Shown here: positions 1 through 10,535 of the stretch, in pieces
Layout of the letters: every line of letters begins with the position of its first letter
Position numbering within the stretch: the stretch's first letter is position 1
NCBI RefSeq assembly: GCF_041248615.1
Contig: NZ_CP158426.1
Direction: 5' to 3' (one strand)
DNA from: Escherichia coli
GTDB lineage: Bacteria; Pseudomonadota; Gammaproteobacteria; Enterobacterales; Enterobacteriaceae
DNA length: 64,000 bases
The notes under the pieces: generated by a model
The model's input: the letters and a program-made list of their open reading frames with translations, nothing else
Database searches by the model: none
Told to the model about the DNA's origin: nothing
Translations under genes and position numbers: made by a program

Positions 1-420
1 AAAACCTCGCCTTCCGCACCCATCATTATATTGATGCTCATTGCCGCCGCCTTACTGGTACGCCGGATGCGCTTGCTGGAAATGGGCGATGATACCGCGT
101 GTGCGCTGGGCGTCAGCGTCGAACGTTCGCGTCTGTTAATGATGCTGGTGGCAGTGGTGCTCACCGCTGCGGCAACGGCGCTTGCCGGGCCGATTTCCTT
201 TATTGCTTTAGTCGCGCCGCACATTGCCCGCCGCATTAGCGGCACCGCTCGCTGGGGGCTGACCCAGGCGGCGCTGTGCGGGGCGTTGTTATTACTGGCG
301 GCCGATCTCTGCGCCCAACAACTGTTTATGCCGTATCAACTTCCGGTTGGCGTCGTTACCGTCAGCCTCGGCGGTATTTACCTTATCGTCTTGTTAATTC
401 AGGAGTCTCGCAAAAAATGA
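1..420 (+). CDS. fepG: Ferric enterobactin ABC transporter permease FepG, C-terminal part (gene begins upstream of window)
   Basis: Frame open from position 1, hydrophobic membrane-protein sequence, stop at 418-420 overlapping the fepC ATG (ATGA); synteny with fepC. Confidence 0.85.
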   Translation, partial: KTSPSAPIIILMLIAAALLVRRMRLLEMGDDTACALGVSVERSRLLMMLVAVVLTAAATALAGPISFIALVAPHIARRISGTARWGLTQAALCGALLLLAADLCAQQLFMPYQLPVGVVTVSLGGIYLIVLLIQESRKK

Positions 421-1232
421 CCGAATCAGTAGCCCGTTTGCGTGGCGAACAGTTAACCCTCGGATATGGCAAATATACCGTTGCGGAAAATCTGACTGTA
501 GAAATACCTGATGGTCACTTCACGGCAATTATCGGGCCAAATGGCTGCGGTAAATCCACGTTACTGCGTACCTTAAGCCGCCTGATGACGCCTGCTCACG
601 GGCATGTCTGGCTGGATGGTGAGCACATTCAACATTACGCCAGTAAAGAGGTTGCACGCCGGATTGGCCTGTTGGCGCAAAACGCCACCACGCCGGGAGA
701 TATCACCGTGCAGGAGCTAGTGGCGCGTGGGCGTTACCCGCATCAACCGCTGTTTACCCGCTGGCGCAAAGAAGATGAAGAAGCGGTAACGAAAGCGATG
801 CAGGCCACGGGAATCACTCATCTGGCAGATCAAAGCGTGGATACCCTTTCTGGCGGACAACGCCAGCGAGCGTGGATAGCAATGGTGCTGGCCCAGGAAA
901 CGGCAATTATGCTGCTCGATGAACCAACGACCTGGCTGGATATCAGTCATCAGATTGATCTCCTGGAACTGTTAAGCGAACTGAACCGCGAGAAAGGCTA
1001 TACCCTGGCGGCGGTGCTGCACGATCTTAATCAGGCCTGTCGTTACGCCAGCCATTTGATTGCATTGCGGGAAGGGAAAATTGTTGCTCAGGGAGCGCCG
1101 AAAGAGATTGTCACTGCTGAATTGATCGAGCGCATTTATGGTCTGCGCTGCATGATTATTGACGATCCGGTAGCCGGAACTCCGCTCGTGGTGCCGCTCG
1201 GACGAACGGCACCTTCAACTGCCAAGATTTAA
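417..1232 (+). CDS. fepC: Ferric enterobactin ABC transporter ATP-binding protein
   Basis: 271 aa from ATG at 417 (MTESVARLRGEQ); Walker A GPNGCGKST, ABC signature LSGGQRQR, Walker B MLLDEPT; track ORF 276-1232 extends upstream in frame. Confidence 0.95.
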   Translation: MTESVARLRGEQLTLGYGKYTVAENLTVEIPDGHFTAIIGPNGCGKSTLLRTLSRLMTPAHGHVWLDGEHIQHYASKEVARRIGLLAQNATTPGDITVQELVARGRYPHQPLFTRWRKEDEEAVTKAMQATGITHLADQSVDTLSGGQRQRAWIAMVLAQETAIMLLDEPTTWLDISHQIDLLELLSELNREKGYTLAAVLHDLNQACRYASHLIALREGKIVAQGAPKEIVTAELIERIYGLRCMIIDDPVAGTPLVVPLGRTAPSTAKI

Positions 1233-2362
1233 ACTAAGTGCTCTTCCATCACGGCATCCTGTTTTCTGGATGCCATCGCATAGCGCAACAGCACGCCACC
1301 ACAAGCCACCATCCCGCCGATCATCGCAGAAAGGATCACAATAATCGCCTTACCCGGACCGTCTTTTTTCACTGGCAATGACGGGCTTAACTGATATTTA
1401 AACGGCGTAAAATTCACATCGTTGATATTTGCTTTTGTTAATTGCTCGACAAGATACTGACGATTACGTAATTCACCGTTCAGTTCCGCAACGTCAGTAA
1501 CCGCTTTTTCAATTTCCAGTTTGCGTTCAATACCGTCTGCGCCGAGAGAAATAGAGAAATCGGGGTCATCTTTAACGGCCTGACCATTACTGTAAACGGG
1601 CTTTTTAATTCCTGCCGCGTTGGCAATGTCGAGTGAATAATTGAGGCGCTGAATGTTTGCATCAAGTTGATTTTTCATTTTAATGCGGTCCTGAGCCAGT
1701 TTTTCTTTTTCAAACTGGGTTTTAAGCTCCAGTCTATTGCGCTCATTTTCTATCGACTCTTTCACCACCAGAGCAGAGATATAATCGATATACCCGCTCA
1801 AAACGGTTTGCGCCTCTTCATTGGTTGGCGCGGTAAAACTTAGCGTCCAGGAGGTATAAAGTGACGGTTCATCTTTTTTCTTACTGGCATTGTCATCAAC
1901 CGCTTTCATTTTTTCGCTCAATGCGACAATTGCGCGATGCAAATCCAGTTCGTCGATTTTCGCCTCTTTTAATTGGTCCATCACATAAGGTGTTGAGCGC
2001 AGGTACTCTTCCAGCAAGCTAACCGACTGAAACTTCTTGATAAACAGGTTAAATGCTTCTGTACGATCAATTTTGATATCCAGATCCAGCACTCGAAGCT
2101 TAGTGAATGTTTTCTCCAGCTCTTGCCACTGAACAGGTTCTGGAGGCGTGACAACCGCCGCGCTGGTCCATTTTTGCGGCAGGATGAAAGAGATCAGCAA
2201 GCCTGCGCAGGCAAACGCAAAAATGACCGCCATGACCGTTTTTTTGGCCCGCCATAAAACTGCGATTAGATTAAGTAAATCAATTTCATTATTACTGGGC
2301 GACGCCAGAGGATACTCAGGAAAATGAGCGTCACTTCCCTGTTTAATATTCAGTGATGACAT
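1229..2362 (-). CDS. fepE: Polysaccharide co-polymerase (Wzz-like) ferric enterobactin transport protein FepE
   Basis: 377 aa from internal Met (MSSLNIKQG) of the 394-aa track ORF; two TM segments flanking a coiled-coil periplasmic region; convergent 4-nt overlap with fepC. Confidence 0.9.
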   Translation of the reverse strand: MSSLNIKQGSDAHFPEYPLASPSNNEIDLLNLIAVLWRAKKTVMAVIFAFACAGLLISFILPQKWTSAAVVTPPEPVQWQELEKTFTKLRVLDLDIKIDRTEAFNLFIKKFQSVSLLEEYLRSTPYVMDQLKEAKIDELDLHRAIVALSEKMKAVDDNASKKKDEPSLYTSWTLSFTAPTNEEAQTVLSGYIDYISALVVKESIENERNRLELKTQFEKEKLAQDRIKMKNQLDANIQRLNYSLDIANAAGIKKPVYSNGQAVKDDPDFSISLGADGIERKLEIEKAVTDVAELNGELRNRQYLVEQLTKANINDVNFTPFKYQLSPSLPVKKDGPGKAIIVILSAMIGGMVACGGVLLRYAMASRKQDAVMEEHLV

Positions 2363-2525
2363 GGGGTATAACCTGAAAATGAGTCCAATAGGGGAAATCT
2401 CCACGGCGCTCACTTTACCAGTTGGTGATAATTATCCGAAGCTGAAGTTTGTAAATTCCTTCCACTGAATGCAACATTCACTCTATTTAAGAGAAATATT
2501 CATCAAACCTATAAATCAAACAAAT

Positions 2526-2560
2526 AAAAAACCCATAATTATTTTCTGTAATTATGGGTT
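2526..2560 (-). terminator. Rho-independent terminator downstream of entF (hairpin aaacccataattat...taattatgggttt with flanking T/A run)
   Basis: Perfect inverted repeat read directly from sequence just below the entF stop. Confidence 0.5.
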
Positions 2561-2576
2561 TATAGATAATGTTAAT

Positions 2577-5500
2577 TTATCTGTTTAGCGTTGCGCGAAT
2601 AATCGGCCCAATTTTTTCAAATGCCCCTGGAGAGATAATATCCACATGCGCACAATCCTGACGATAGATATCCAGCTCGGCTATCCACGGCGACCAGACG
2701 CGTTCGGGATTCATACCTTCCTGAAGCGTGCGTTCAGCAACAAACAGCGTCGCTTTACCGTCAAACGGTACGCTATGAGCAGTCGTCAGCAGGCGCACAG
2801 CATCAGCGTAGTTGCCTTCAATGGTGGTAAACAACTCCGTTGAAGTACTTCCCTGCTGTGCCGCCAGGAAGGCCTCGCGCTCGCGGTTAATCTCCGCCAG
2901 CACTTCCGGGTCCAGGCCATTAGCCTCTTTTTCCTGCCAGTTTTGCGTTTCTGGCGGCCAGGTATCCAGCAAGCCAAGAAATGCCACCTGTTCGCCACGG
3001 GCACGCAGCCGCGCCGCAATACCCTGCGCCAGCGTACCGCCCAGCGAATAACCCAGCAGGTAATAAGGGCCGTGCGGTTGATGCTCAAGTAACGTTGCCA
3101 GATGCGCTTCGCAGACTTCATCCAGATTTGCCGCGGTCTGCATGGGGCCATTGGGGCGCGGCGACTGAATGCCGATAATCGACCATTGTGGATCGAGATA
3201 ACGCGAGAGCACGCTGAACTGCCAGGCAAAACCGGACGCAGGATGGAAACAAAACAGCGTCGGGCCATTACCTTCACGCAACGGCAGAATGGTTTCGAAT
3301 CCCATGCGCCGGGAGCTGTCTTCTTCACCATCAATAATCGTTGCCAGTTTGGCGACAGTTGACGCGACCATCACCTGCCCCGGCGTCACCTGGCGGGTAA
3401 ACTGCCGACTTAACTGCGCAGCCAGTTTCATTGCCAGTAGCGAATGACCGCCAAGCGCGAAGAAATCAGCATCGGCATCCTGCACGTCACAACCCAGCAA
3501 CGACGAGAATGCCGCGGCGATAATCGTTTCACTGCCCGCTTTCGGCGCACGCCCCGGCGCTTGTGCCTTCAGTTCAGGCAACGGTAAGGCTTTGCGATCC
3601 AGCTTGCCGTTGGCGCTAAGCGGCAACTGCGGAAGTTGCAGCAGAACCACGGGCACCATATGCGGTGGCAATGTTTCGCGCAACTGCGCCTGCAATGCAG
3701 TGGTATCCAACGGCAGGCCTGATTGCGACACCAGATACCCAACCAACTGACGCGCATCGCCTCCCGTTGCGGCAGCCTGGTTAATAACGCAGGCGTGGGT
3801 CACGGCCTGTTCAACGTCCGGCAGCGCCTGCATCACGCGATCGATTTCGCCCAGTTCGATACGCTGCCCGCGAATTTTTAGCTGATCGTCACTGCGCCCG
3901 AGGTACTCCACCGCGCCGTTATCCAGCCAGCGGGCAACGTCTCCGGTACGGTACATCCGTTCGCCAGGGGCAAAAGGATCGGCAATAAAGCGGCTGGCGG
4001 TCAGATCGGGTCGTCCGAGATAGCCCTGCGCCAGTTGTATGCCAGTGAGATAGAGATCTCCCGCCACACCCGGCGGCACCGGATGCATCATCGCATCAAG
4101 AATACGCAGGCCCGTATTCCACACCGGATAACCAATCGGCACACTGCTGCCGCGCACCTGTGCCAGTTCCTCGCCAAAAGCCGGATACCAGCTCACATCC
4201 ACCGCCGCTTCCGTTGGGCCATATAGATTATGCAACGGCGCGCTGGTTAACTGTTGCCATTCGCGGCATAAATCAGCCGGCAAGGCTTCACCGCTACAGA
4301 AAACCTGTTTCAACGTCGCGCAACTCTGGCGAGCGGTTTCGGGCGTCAGCGATGCAACAAATGCCGCCAGCATCGACGGCACAAAGTGCGTGGTCGTTAC
4401 GCCATATTCGGCAAAGAATTGCTGCATCGCGAGCGGGTCGCGGTGCGCTTCCGGTTCAGCCATCACCAGTTTAGCCCCGGCAATAAACGGCCAGAAAAAC
4501 TCCCACACCGAGACATCAAAACTGCACGGCGTTTTTTGGGCAACGACATCTTCGCCTGTAAGCGGGTAGTGGTTTTGCATCCAAAGCAGGCGGTTAACGA
4601 TAGCCGTCTGCCCGACCATTACCCCTTTCGGCCTGCCGGTAGAGCCAGAGGTAAAGATGATATAAGCCGTGTGGTGCGGTTGTGAAAGTTTCAGCGGCGC
4701 ACTGCCCTGCGGTGTAAGCGGGGCGTTATAGCAAAGGCGGGTTAAATCTGGAACATCGGCAAAGCGCGGCAGTTGATCGTCGGTGGTGATTAACAGCGAC
4801 GGACGCGCATCTTCCAGCATCATTTTCAGGCGATCGTCCGGATAGCCGGTATCCAGCGGTAACCAGGCCGCACCAGCCTCAACAATTGCATGTAGCGCCA
4901 GAGTCAAAAAGACCGAGCGCGGTAGCGCCACCGCCACGCTGTCGCCTGGTTTAACGCCGCGCTCACTCAGCAGATTCGCCAGCGCCACCACCTGCTCGCG
5001 CATTTCCCGATAGCTGAACAGGTAACGCACATCTGCCAGCGCCGGAGCATCCGGTGTTTTTGCCGCTTGTTCCGCCACCAGCGCGCTCAGCGTGGTTTCT
5101 GGAATCTCAACCTGAGTGGCGTTGATCTGCGCCAGCTGCACATATTCACCTGGCAGCATAATATCGACATCGCCGCACAACAGCGCCGGATCCGCGGCGA
5201 ACTGGGCAATCAGCATTTTCAGGCGTTCAGCGTGTTGAATTAACGTTGGCTCATCGTAACGCTGTTTATTGGCGAGGATCTCAATACTCAAATCACCGTG
5301 TTCATCCGGGAACAGTGCCAGTTCAAGGTCATTAACCGGACCGGTTGCCAGGGTATGGGTTTGCGCCTGAACACCAGGAATATCCAGTTGGTAATCAAAT
5401 ACCTTGATATTGAGTACCGGACCAAACAGCGGTTCATCACCTGCCGCTCGCCCGCTGTCACGGACAATTTGTTCGGCATCGTAACGTTGATGACGACGCA

Positions 5501-6458
5501 TTTTTTTCAGTTGTGCTGCCAGTCGGGTTGCCAGTTGCGGCAGCGTTTCTTGCGCCGCAATGTGAATACCCAACGGCAAAACGTTGAGCACGGGTCCGGT
5601 AGCCGTCAGCGCCGCCGAGCCCAGTCGACGCATAAAGATAAATCCGGCAGCGTAGTCCATGCGGTTGCACAATCGCCCCAGCCACAAAGCCGCCAGCGCA
5701 AGGGCTAAATCGGTACGCTGCACACCTGAAAGTTGCGTAGCCAACTGGCGGAATTCCCCGTCGGTAAATTCCAGTTTCAGGCGTAGAATATCTGCCGAGG
5801 CGCTGCGCCCCGGTAAAGGTGCCGGAGAAAGTGACGCGGGCGGCGGCAATTGACGACGCTGTTCCGCCCAGAATGCCGCATCACGCTGCCAGGCTTCGCT
5901 TTCGCGGTATTGCTGGTACTCTTCCACTACATCAGCGAAAGGCGTAAACGGCGAAGCAGGCGTTGGTTCGCCACGCAGCCATGCGCAGTAAATATTGGCG
6001 ATCTGGCGGGTAATGGCTGGGAAACTGAAGCCATCGACCAGCAAATGGTGATAACGCTGATACCAGTACCAGCGGTTATCCACCACCTGTATCAACTGAT
6101 GAAAGACCAGTGGTTTACCGCTATCGACGCGCAGATCTTGTTGCAAATCTGCCTGCATTAATGCCCGCGCAGTACCGTGCGGATCAATGTTGGTTCGCAG
6201 GTCGATAATTTCTGGCAGTTCGAACGTCAGCGCATCATCGACCCACTGCCAGACTTCGCCGTTATCTTCCGTAAAACGCATCCGCAGCGTATCTGCTTGC
6301 GCTAATCCGGCAACCACCGCGCGGGCCAGTAATGGTGCATCAACCTCTCCGGTTAACTCAACGTAATGCGCCACGCTCCAGGCGGAGGGTAAATCCGACA
6401 GTTTTTCTGCCATCCAGATGCCGGGCTGTGCGGCGACCAAAGGTAAATGCTGGCTCAT
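2577..6458 (-). CDS. entF: Enterobactin non-ribosomal peptide synthetase component F (C-A-PCP-TE)
   Basis: 1293 aa from MSQHLPLVAAQ; condensation HHxxxDG (RYHHLLVDG), adenylation core FTSGSTGRPKG and YRTGD, carrier GGHSL, thioesterase GYSLGG; track ORF is extended upstream in frame. Confidence 0.97.
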   Translation of the reverse strand: MSQHLPLVAAQPGIWMAEKLSDLPSAWSVAHYVELTGEVDAPLLARAVVAGLAQADTLRMRFTEDNGEVWQWVDDALTFELPEIIDLRTNIDPHGTARALMQADLQQDLRVDSGKPLVFHQLIQVVDNRWYWYQRYHHLLVDGFSFPAITRQIANIYCAWLRGEPTPASPFTPFADVVEEYQQYRESEAWQRDAAFWAEQRRQLPPPASLSPAPLPGRSASADILRLKLEFTDGEFRQLATQLSGVQRTDLALALAALWLGRLCNRMDYAAGFIFMRRLGSAALTATGPVLNVLPLGIHIAAQETLPQLATRLAAQLKKMRRHQRYDAEQIVRDSGRAAGDEPLFGPVLNIKVFDYQLDIPGVQAQTHTLATGPVNDLELALFPDEHGDLSIEILANKQRYDEPTLIQHAERLKMLIAQFAADPALLCGDVDIMLPGEYVQLAQINATQVEIPETTLSALVAEQAAKTPDAPALADVRYLFSYREMREQVVALANLLSERGVKPGDSVAVALPRSVFLTLALHAIVEAGAAWLPLDTGYPDDRLKMMLEDARPSLLITTDDQLPRFADVPDLTRLCYNAPLTPQGSAPLKLSQPHHTAYIIFTSGSTGRPKGVMVGQTAIVNRLLWMQNHYPLTGEDVVAQKTPCSFDVSVWEFFWPFIAGAKLVMAEPEAHRDPLAMQQFFAEYGVTTTHFVPSMLAAFVASLTPETARQSCATLKQVFCSGEALPADLCREWQQLTSAPLHNLYGPTEAAVDVSWYPAFGEELAQVRGSSVPIGYPVWNTGLRILDAMMHPVPPGVAGDLYLTGIQLAQGYLGRPDLTASRFIADPFAPGERMYRTGDVARWLDNGAVEYLGRSDDQLKIRGQRIELGEIDRVMQALPDVEQAVTHACVINQAAATGGDARQLVGYLVSQSGLPLDTTALQAQLRETLPPHMVPVVLLQLPQLPLSANGKLDRKALPLPELKAQAPGRAPKAGSETIIAAAFSSLLGCDVQDADADFFALGGHSLLAMKLAAQLSRQFTRQVTPGQVMVASTVAKLATIIDGEEDSSRRMGFETILPLREGNGPTLFCFHPASGFAWQFSVLSRYLDPQWSIIGIQSPRPNGPMQTAANLDEVCEAHLATLLEHQPHGPYYLLGYSLGGTLAQGIAARLRARGEQVAFLGLLDTWPPETQNWQEKEANGLDPEVLAEINREREAFLAAQQGSTSTELFTTIEGNYADAVRLLTTAHSVPFDGKATLFVAERTLQEGMNPERVWSPWIAELDIYRQDCAHVDIISPGAFEKIGPIIRATLNR

Positions 6459-6673
6459 TGCGCCTCCTGCAACTGGGTGAAATTCGACGGTGTCAGAGTA
6501 CGCCAGTGGGCTTCCAGCCACTGCTGGCAGGACGCCTGTGACTGCGGCTGACACACAACGTCCCAGCCTGCCGGTAAGGCGCATTGTTGCGGCCACAGAC
6601 TGAATTGCCCCTGCGCATTGCGCAAAATGTAAAACGCTCCCTGCGGATCATCGAAGGGATTACTGAATGCCAT
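6455..6673 (-). CDS. ybdZ: MbtH-like protein, enterobactin synthesis accessory
   Basis: 72 aa from MAFSNPFDDPQGAFYILRN, MbtH-like Trp-rich sequence; overlaps entF start by 4 nt. Confidence 0.9.
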   Translation of the reverse strand: MAFSNPFDDPQGAFYILRNAQGQFSLWPQQCALPAGWDVVCQPQSQASCQQWLEAHWRTLTPSNFTQLQEAQ

Positions 6674-6675
6674 AT

Positions 6676-7878
6676 TCAACTCCTGTCATGGAAAAGTGGT
6701 TGCCAGAGGTCGATTAGCCCCTGCATCAAGCCACCGCGCCAACAAAGCGCATCATGTCCGCCGTCAACCTGACGCCAGAAAATGGATTCTTTTATAGGGT
6801 GTAATTGCGCATACAGCGCCTGATTGGCCCGCATGATCATCGGCTCGCGAATACCCGCTTCCAGCACAATGCGCAGACCTTCGGCGCTAACTTCACCAGC
6901 TTTAAGCTTTTCAAGTAACACGCCCTCTTGCTGCCCGCCCCGATGCGGCCACCAGTACGATCCTGACTGGCTTAATACACAGCCAAAGCGTTCAGGCCAG
7001 TGCAGTCCGGCATACAGCGCGGAAAGCCCACCAAAACTCTGCCCGGCGACTACGGTGCGATCGGCGCGATCGCTAAAAGGGGCAATAGCTTTCACCAGGG
7101 GTAATAACTCTTGCTGTACTGCCAGCCAGAAATCCGCATTACACGGCAGTTCGTGGGCGCGGTGCGTGGTGTCAATAGCGTCGATCAACACATACACGGC
7201 GGGAGGAAGTTGCTGACGATGGGTCAACGAAGTCAGCACAGGCCAGACAGGCATACTCTGCGCCCAAAATTCGCCATCGAGCAAAACTGCCAGCGGGCGT
7301 TCTCCTGCTGTTGCATCGCCGGTGGTAAAAATCCATACACGGCGTGAATTTTTCAACCGCTCACTTTTCCAGATAATTTCTTTGGCAGGCGTTTCTGGCG
7401 CTTGCGGACAATCCCATCCCGGTTGTAGGGGCGCTTGCGGCATTTCGAGTGCAGAAACAGCGTGCCCTCGCCCGCCTTTCCAGCTTTGTGGATTCAGCGG
7501 ATCGGCTATCGCCTGGGGCAATAGTGTTCGCCAGCCTTCACGTAATTCGAGGCGATCGGGGGATGGTACAGAAAAAATGTCATCGCGTTCGGTGGGAATA
7601 AAACAGTAGCTGCCGCGCCAGTTGGCATTAAGTTGTGTCGTCCACTGCCAGACGTTGGTACCTGCAATTCGCTGCATCGACTGGGGCTGGCTGTTCTGAT
7701 GGTGATCGGTCACACCAGTGATGTAGACCCATACGCGCTTTATCGTCGAGTATTCTTCAGAACCTTGGGGATCACGCCACCAGAAAGTGACCTCAAACAT
7801 TTCGTCATTCAGACGCTGCCATTCCGGGCCATGTTTCGACTGCCACCAGCTCTCACTTCCTACTTTTAACGCCGTCAC
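6676..7878 (-). CDS. fes: Enterochelin (ferric enterobactin) esterase
   Basis: 400 aa ORF, esterase GQSFGG serine motif; divergent from fepA. Confidence 0.95.
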   Translation of the reverse strand: MTALKVGSESWWQSKHGPEWQRLNDEMFEVTFWWRDPQGSEEYSTIKRVWVYITGVTDHHQNSQPQSMQRIAGTNVWQWTTQLNANWRGSYCFIPTERDDIFSVPSPDRLELREGWRTLLPQAIADPLNPQSWKGGRGHAVSALEMPQAPLQPGWDCPQAPETPAKEIIWKSERLKNSRRVWIFTTGDATAGERPLAVLLDGEFWAQSMPVWPVLTSLTHRQQLPPAVYVLIDAIDTTHRAHELPCNADFWLAVQQELLPLVKAIAPFSDRADRTVVAGQSFGGLSALYAGLHWPERFGCVLSQSGSYWWPHRGGQQEGVLLEKLKAGEVSAEGLRIVLEAGIREPMIMRANQALYAQLHPIKESIFWRQVDGGHDALCWRGGLMQGLIDLWQPLFHDRS

Positions 7879-7910
7879 ACCATAACCCCATGTTTACTGT
7901 GCAATTTTTC

Positions 7911-7968
7911 ATTGATTGCAGAAATATATTGATAATATTATTGATAACTATTTGCATTTGCAATAGCG
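7911..7968. promoter_or_regulatory. Divergent fes/fepA promoter region with overlapping Fur-box-like sequences (attgataatattattgataactatttgcatttgcaat)
   Basis: GATAAT/ATTATC hexamer repeats characteristic of Fur boxes in the fes-fepA intergenic region. Confidence 0.55.
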
Positions 7969-8120
7969 TAATGGCGCGCCGTGGGAAGCGCGGACATTAA
8001 TTAACCAACTGCACTGCGTGTCTTTCAGGATCAAAGGTTTTCGCGGTAGCGGGATGCGTCGTGTTGATGACGACCATGCCCGACAGTTGCAATTCGTGGC
8101 AAAAATGCAGGAATAAAACA

Positions 8121-10361
8121 ATGAACAAGAAGATTCATTCCCTAGCCTTGTTGGTCAATCTGGGGATTTATGGGGTAGCGCAGGCACAAGAGCCGACCGA
8201 TACTCCTGTTTCACATGACGATACCATTGTCGTTACCGCCGCCGAGCAGAACTTGCAGGCACCTGGCGTTTCGACCATCACCGCAGATGAAATCCGCAAA
8301 AACCCGGTTGCCCGCGATGTGTCGGAGATCATCCGTACCATGCCAGGCGTTAACCTGACCGGCAACTCCACCAGTGGTCAGCGTGGTAATAACCGCCAGA
8401 TTGATATTCGCGGCATGGGTCCGGAAAACACGCTGATTTTGATTGACGGCAAACCGGTAAGCAGCCGTAACTCGGTGCGTCAGGGCTGGCGTGGCGAGCG
8501 CGATACCCGTGGTGATACTTCCTGGGTGCCACCTGAAATGATTGAACGTATTGAAGTTCTGCGTGGTCCGGCAGCTGCGCGTTATGGCAACGGCGCGGCG
8601 GGCGGCGTGGTTAACATCATTACCAAAAAAGGCAGCGGTGAGTGGCACGGCTCCTGGGACGCTTATTTCAATGCGCCAGAACATAAAGAGGAAGGTGCCA
8701 CTAAACGCACCAACTTCAGCCTGACCGGTCCGCTGGGCGACGAATTCAGCTTCCGCTTGTATGGCAACCTCGACAAAACCCAGGCTGACGCGTGGGATAT
8801 CAACCAGGGCCATCAGTCCGCGCGTGCCGGAACGTATGCCACGACGTTACCAGCCGGGCGCGAAGGGGTGATCAATAAAGATATTAACGGCGTGGTGCGC
8901 TGGGACTTCGCACCATTACAATCGCTGGAACTGGAAGCAGGTTACAGCCGCCAGGGTAACCTGTATGCGGGCGATACCCAGAACACCAACTCTGACTCCT
9001 ATACCCGCTCGAAATATGGCGATGAAACCAACCGTCTGTATCGCCAGAACTACTCGCTGACCTGGAACGGCGGCTGGGATAACGGCGTGACCACCAGCAA
9101 CTGGGTGCAGTACGAACACACCCGTAACTCGCGTATTCCGGAAGGTCTGGCGGGCGGTACCGAAGGGAAATTTAACGAAAAAGCGACACAGGATTTCGTC
9201 GATATCGATCTCGATGACGTGATGCTGCACAGCGAAGTTAACCTGCCGATTGATTTCCTCGTTAACCAGACGCTGACGCTGGGTACGGAGTGGAATCAGC
9301 AGCGGATGAAGGATTTAAGTTCCAACACCCAGGCGCTCACTGGGACGAATACCGGCGGTGCTATTGATGGCGTGAGTGCCACCGACCGTAGCCCGTATTC
9401 AAAAGCAGAAATTTTCTCGCTATTTGCCGAAAACAATATGGAGCTGACTGACAGCACCATCGTAACGCCGGGGCTGCGTTTCGATCATCACAGCATTGTT
9501 GGCAATAACTGGAGTCCGGCTCTAAACATATCGCAAGGTTTAGGCGATGACTTCACGCTGAAAATGGGCATTGCCCGTGCTTATAAAGCGCCGAGTCTGT
9601 ACCAGACTAATCCAAACTACATTCTCTATAGTAAAGGTCAGGGCTGCTATGCCAGCGCGGGCGGCTGCTATCTGCAAGGTAATGATGACCTGAAAGCGGA
9701 AACCAGCATCAACAAAGAGATTGGTCTGGAGTTCAAACGCGACGGCTGGCTGGCGGGCGTCACCTGGTTCCGTAACGATTATCGCAATAAGATTGAAGCG
9801 GGCTATGTGGCTGTAGGGCAAAACGCAGTCGGCACCGATCTCTATCAGTGGGATAACGTACCGAAAGCGGTGGTTGAAGGTCTGGAAGGATCGTTAAACG
9901 TACCGGTTAGCGAAACGGTGATGTGGACCAATAACATCACTTATATGCTGAAGAGTGAAAACAAAACCACGGGCGACCGTTTGTCGATCATCCCGGAGTA
10001 TACGTTGAACTCAACGCTGAGCTGGCAGGCACGGGAAGATTTGTCGATGCAAACAACCTTCACCTGGTACGGCAAGCAGCAGCCGAAGAAGTACAACTAT
10101 AAAGGTCAGCCAGCGGTTGGACCGGAAACCAAAGAAATCAGCCCGTACAGCATTGTTGGCCTGAGCGCGACCTGGGATGTGACGAAGAATGTCAGTCTGA
10201 CCGGCGGCGTGGACAACCTGTTCGACAAACGTTTGTGGCGTGCGGGTAATGCCCAGACCACGGGCGATCTGGCAGGAGCCAACTATATCGCCGGTGCCGG
10301 GGCGTATACCTATAACGAGCCGGGACGTACGTGGTATATGAGCATTAATACTCACTTCTGA
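8121..10361 (+). CDS. fepA: TonB-dependent ferric enterobactin outer membrane receptor
   Basis: 746 aa from MNKKIHSLALLVNLGIYGVAQA signal peptide; TonB box DTIVVTA; C-terminal Phe; track ORF starts at an upstream in-frame GTG. Confidence 0.97.
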   Translation: MNKKIHSLALLVNLGIYGVAQAQEPTDTPVSHDDTIVVTAAEQNLQAPGVSTITADEIRKNPVARDVSEIIRTMPGVNLTGNSTSGQRGNNRQIDIRGMGPENTLILIDGKPVSSRNSVRQGWRGERDTRGDTSWVPPEMIERIEVLRGPAAARYGNGAAGGVVNIITKKGSGEWHGSWDAYFNAPEHKEEGATKRTNFSLTGPLGDEFSFRLYGNLDKTQADAWDINQGHQSARAGTYATTLPAGREGVINKDINGVVRWDFAPLQSLELEAGYSRQGNLYAGDTQNTNSDSYTRSKYGDETNRLYRQNYSLTWNGGWDNGVTTSNWVQYEHTRNSRIPEGLAGGTEGKFNEKATQDFVDIDLDDVMLHSEVNLPIDFLVNQTLTLGTEWNQQRMKDLSSNTQALTGTNTGGAIDGVSATDRSPYSKAEIFSLFAENNMELTDSTIVTPGLRFDHHSIVGNNWSPALNISQGLGDDFTLKMGIARAYKAPSLYQTNPNYILYSKGQGCYASAGGCYLQGNDDLKAETSINKEIGLEFKRDGWLAGVTWFRNDYRNKIEAGYVAVGQNAVGTDLYQWDNVPKAVVEGLEGSLNVPVSETVMWTNNITYMLKSENKTTGDRLSIIPEYTLNSTLSWQAREDLSMQTTFTWYGKQQPKKYNYKGQPAVGPETKEISPYSIVGLSATWDVTKNVSLTGGVDNLFDKRLWRAGNAQTTGDLAGANYIAGAGAYTYNEPGRTWYMSINTHF

Positions 10362-10400
10362 TGCTAACGTCAGATTGTTGACAAAGTGCGCGTAGTTCAT

Positions 10401-10499
10401 GCCGGATGCGGCGTGAACGCCTTATCCGGCCTACAAAAATCTTGCCAATTCAATATATTGCAGGACCACGTAGGCCTGATAAGCGTAGCGCATCAGGCA
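10401..10499. repeat. REP/BIME element: two inverted REP units (gccggatgcggcgtgaacgccttatccggcctac and gtaggcctgataagcgtagcgcatcaggca)
   Basis: Canonical enterobacterial REP palindromes in the fepA-entD intergenic region. Confidence 0.6.
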
Positions 10500-10535
10500 G
10501 TTTTGCGTTTGTCATCATTCTCTAATATGGTTGAC

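Noticed and set aside
2786-3334. 182-aa minus-strand ORF and several other 60-130 aa ORFs inside the entF coding region
   Set aside because: Lie inside the well-supported entF gene in alternative frames; GC-rich DNA produces long spurious ORFs; arginine/proline-rich low-complexity translations.
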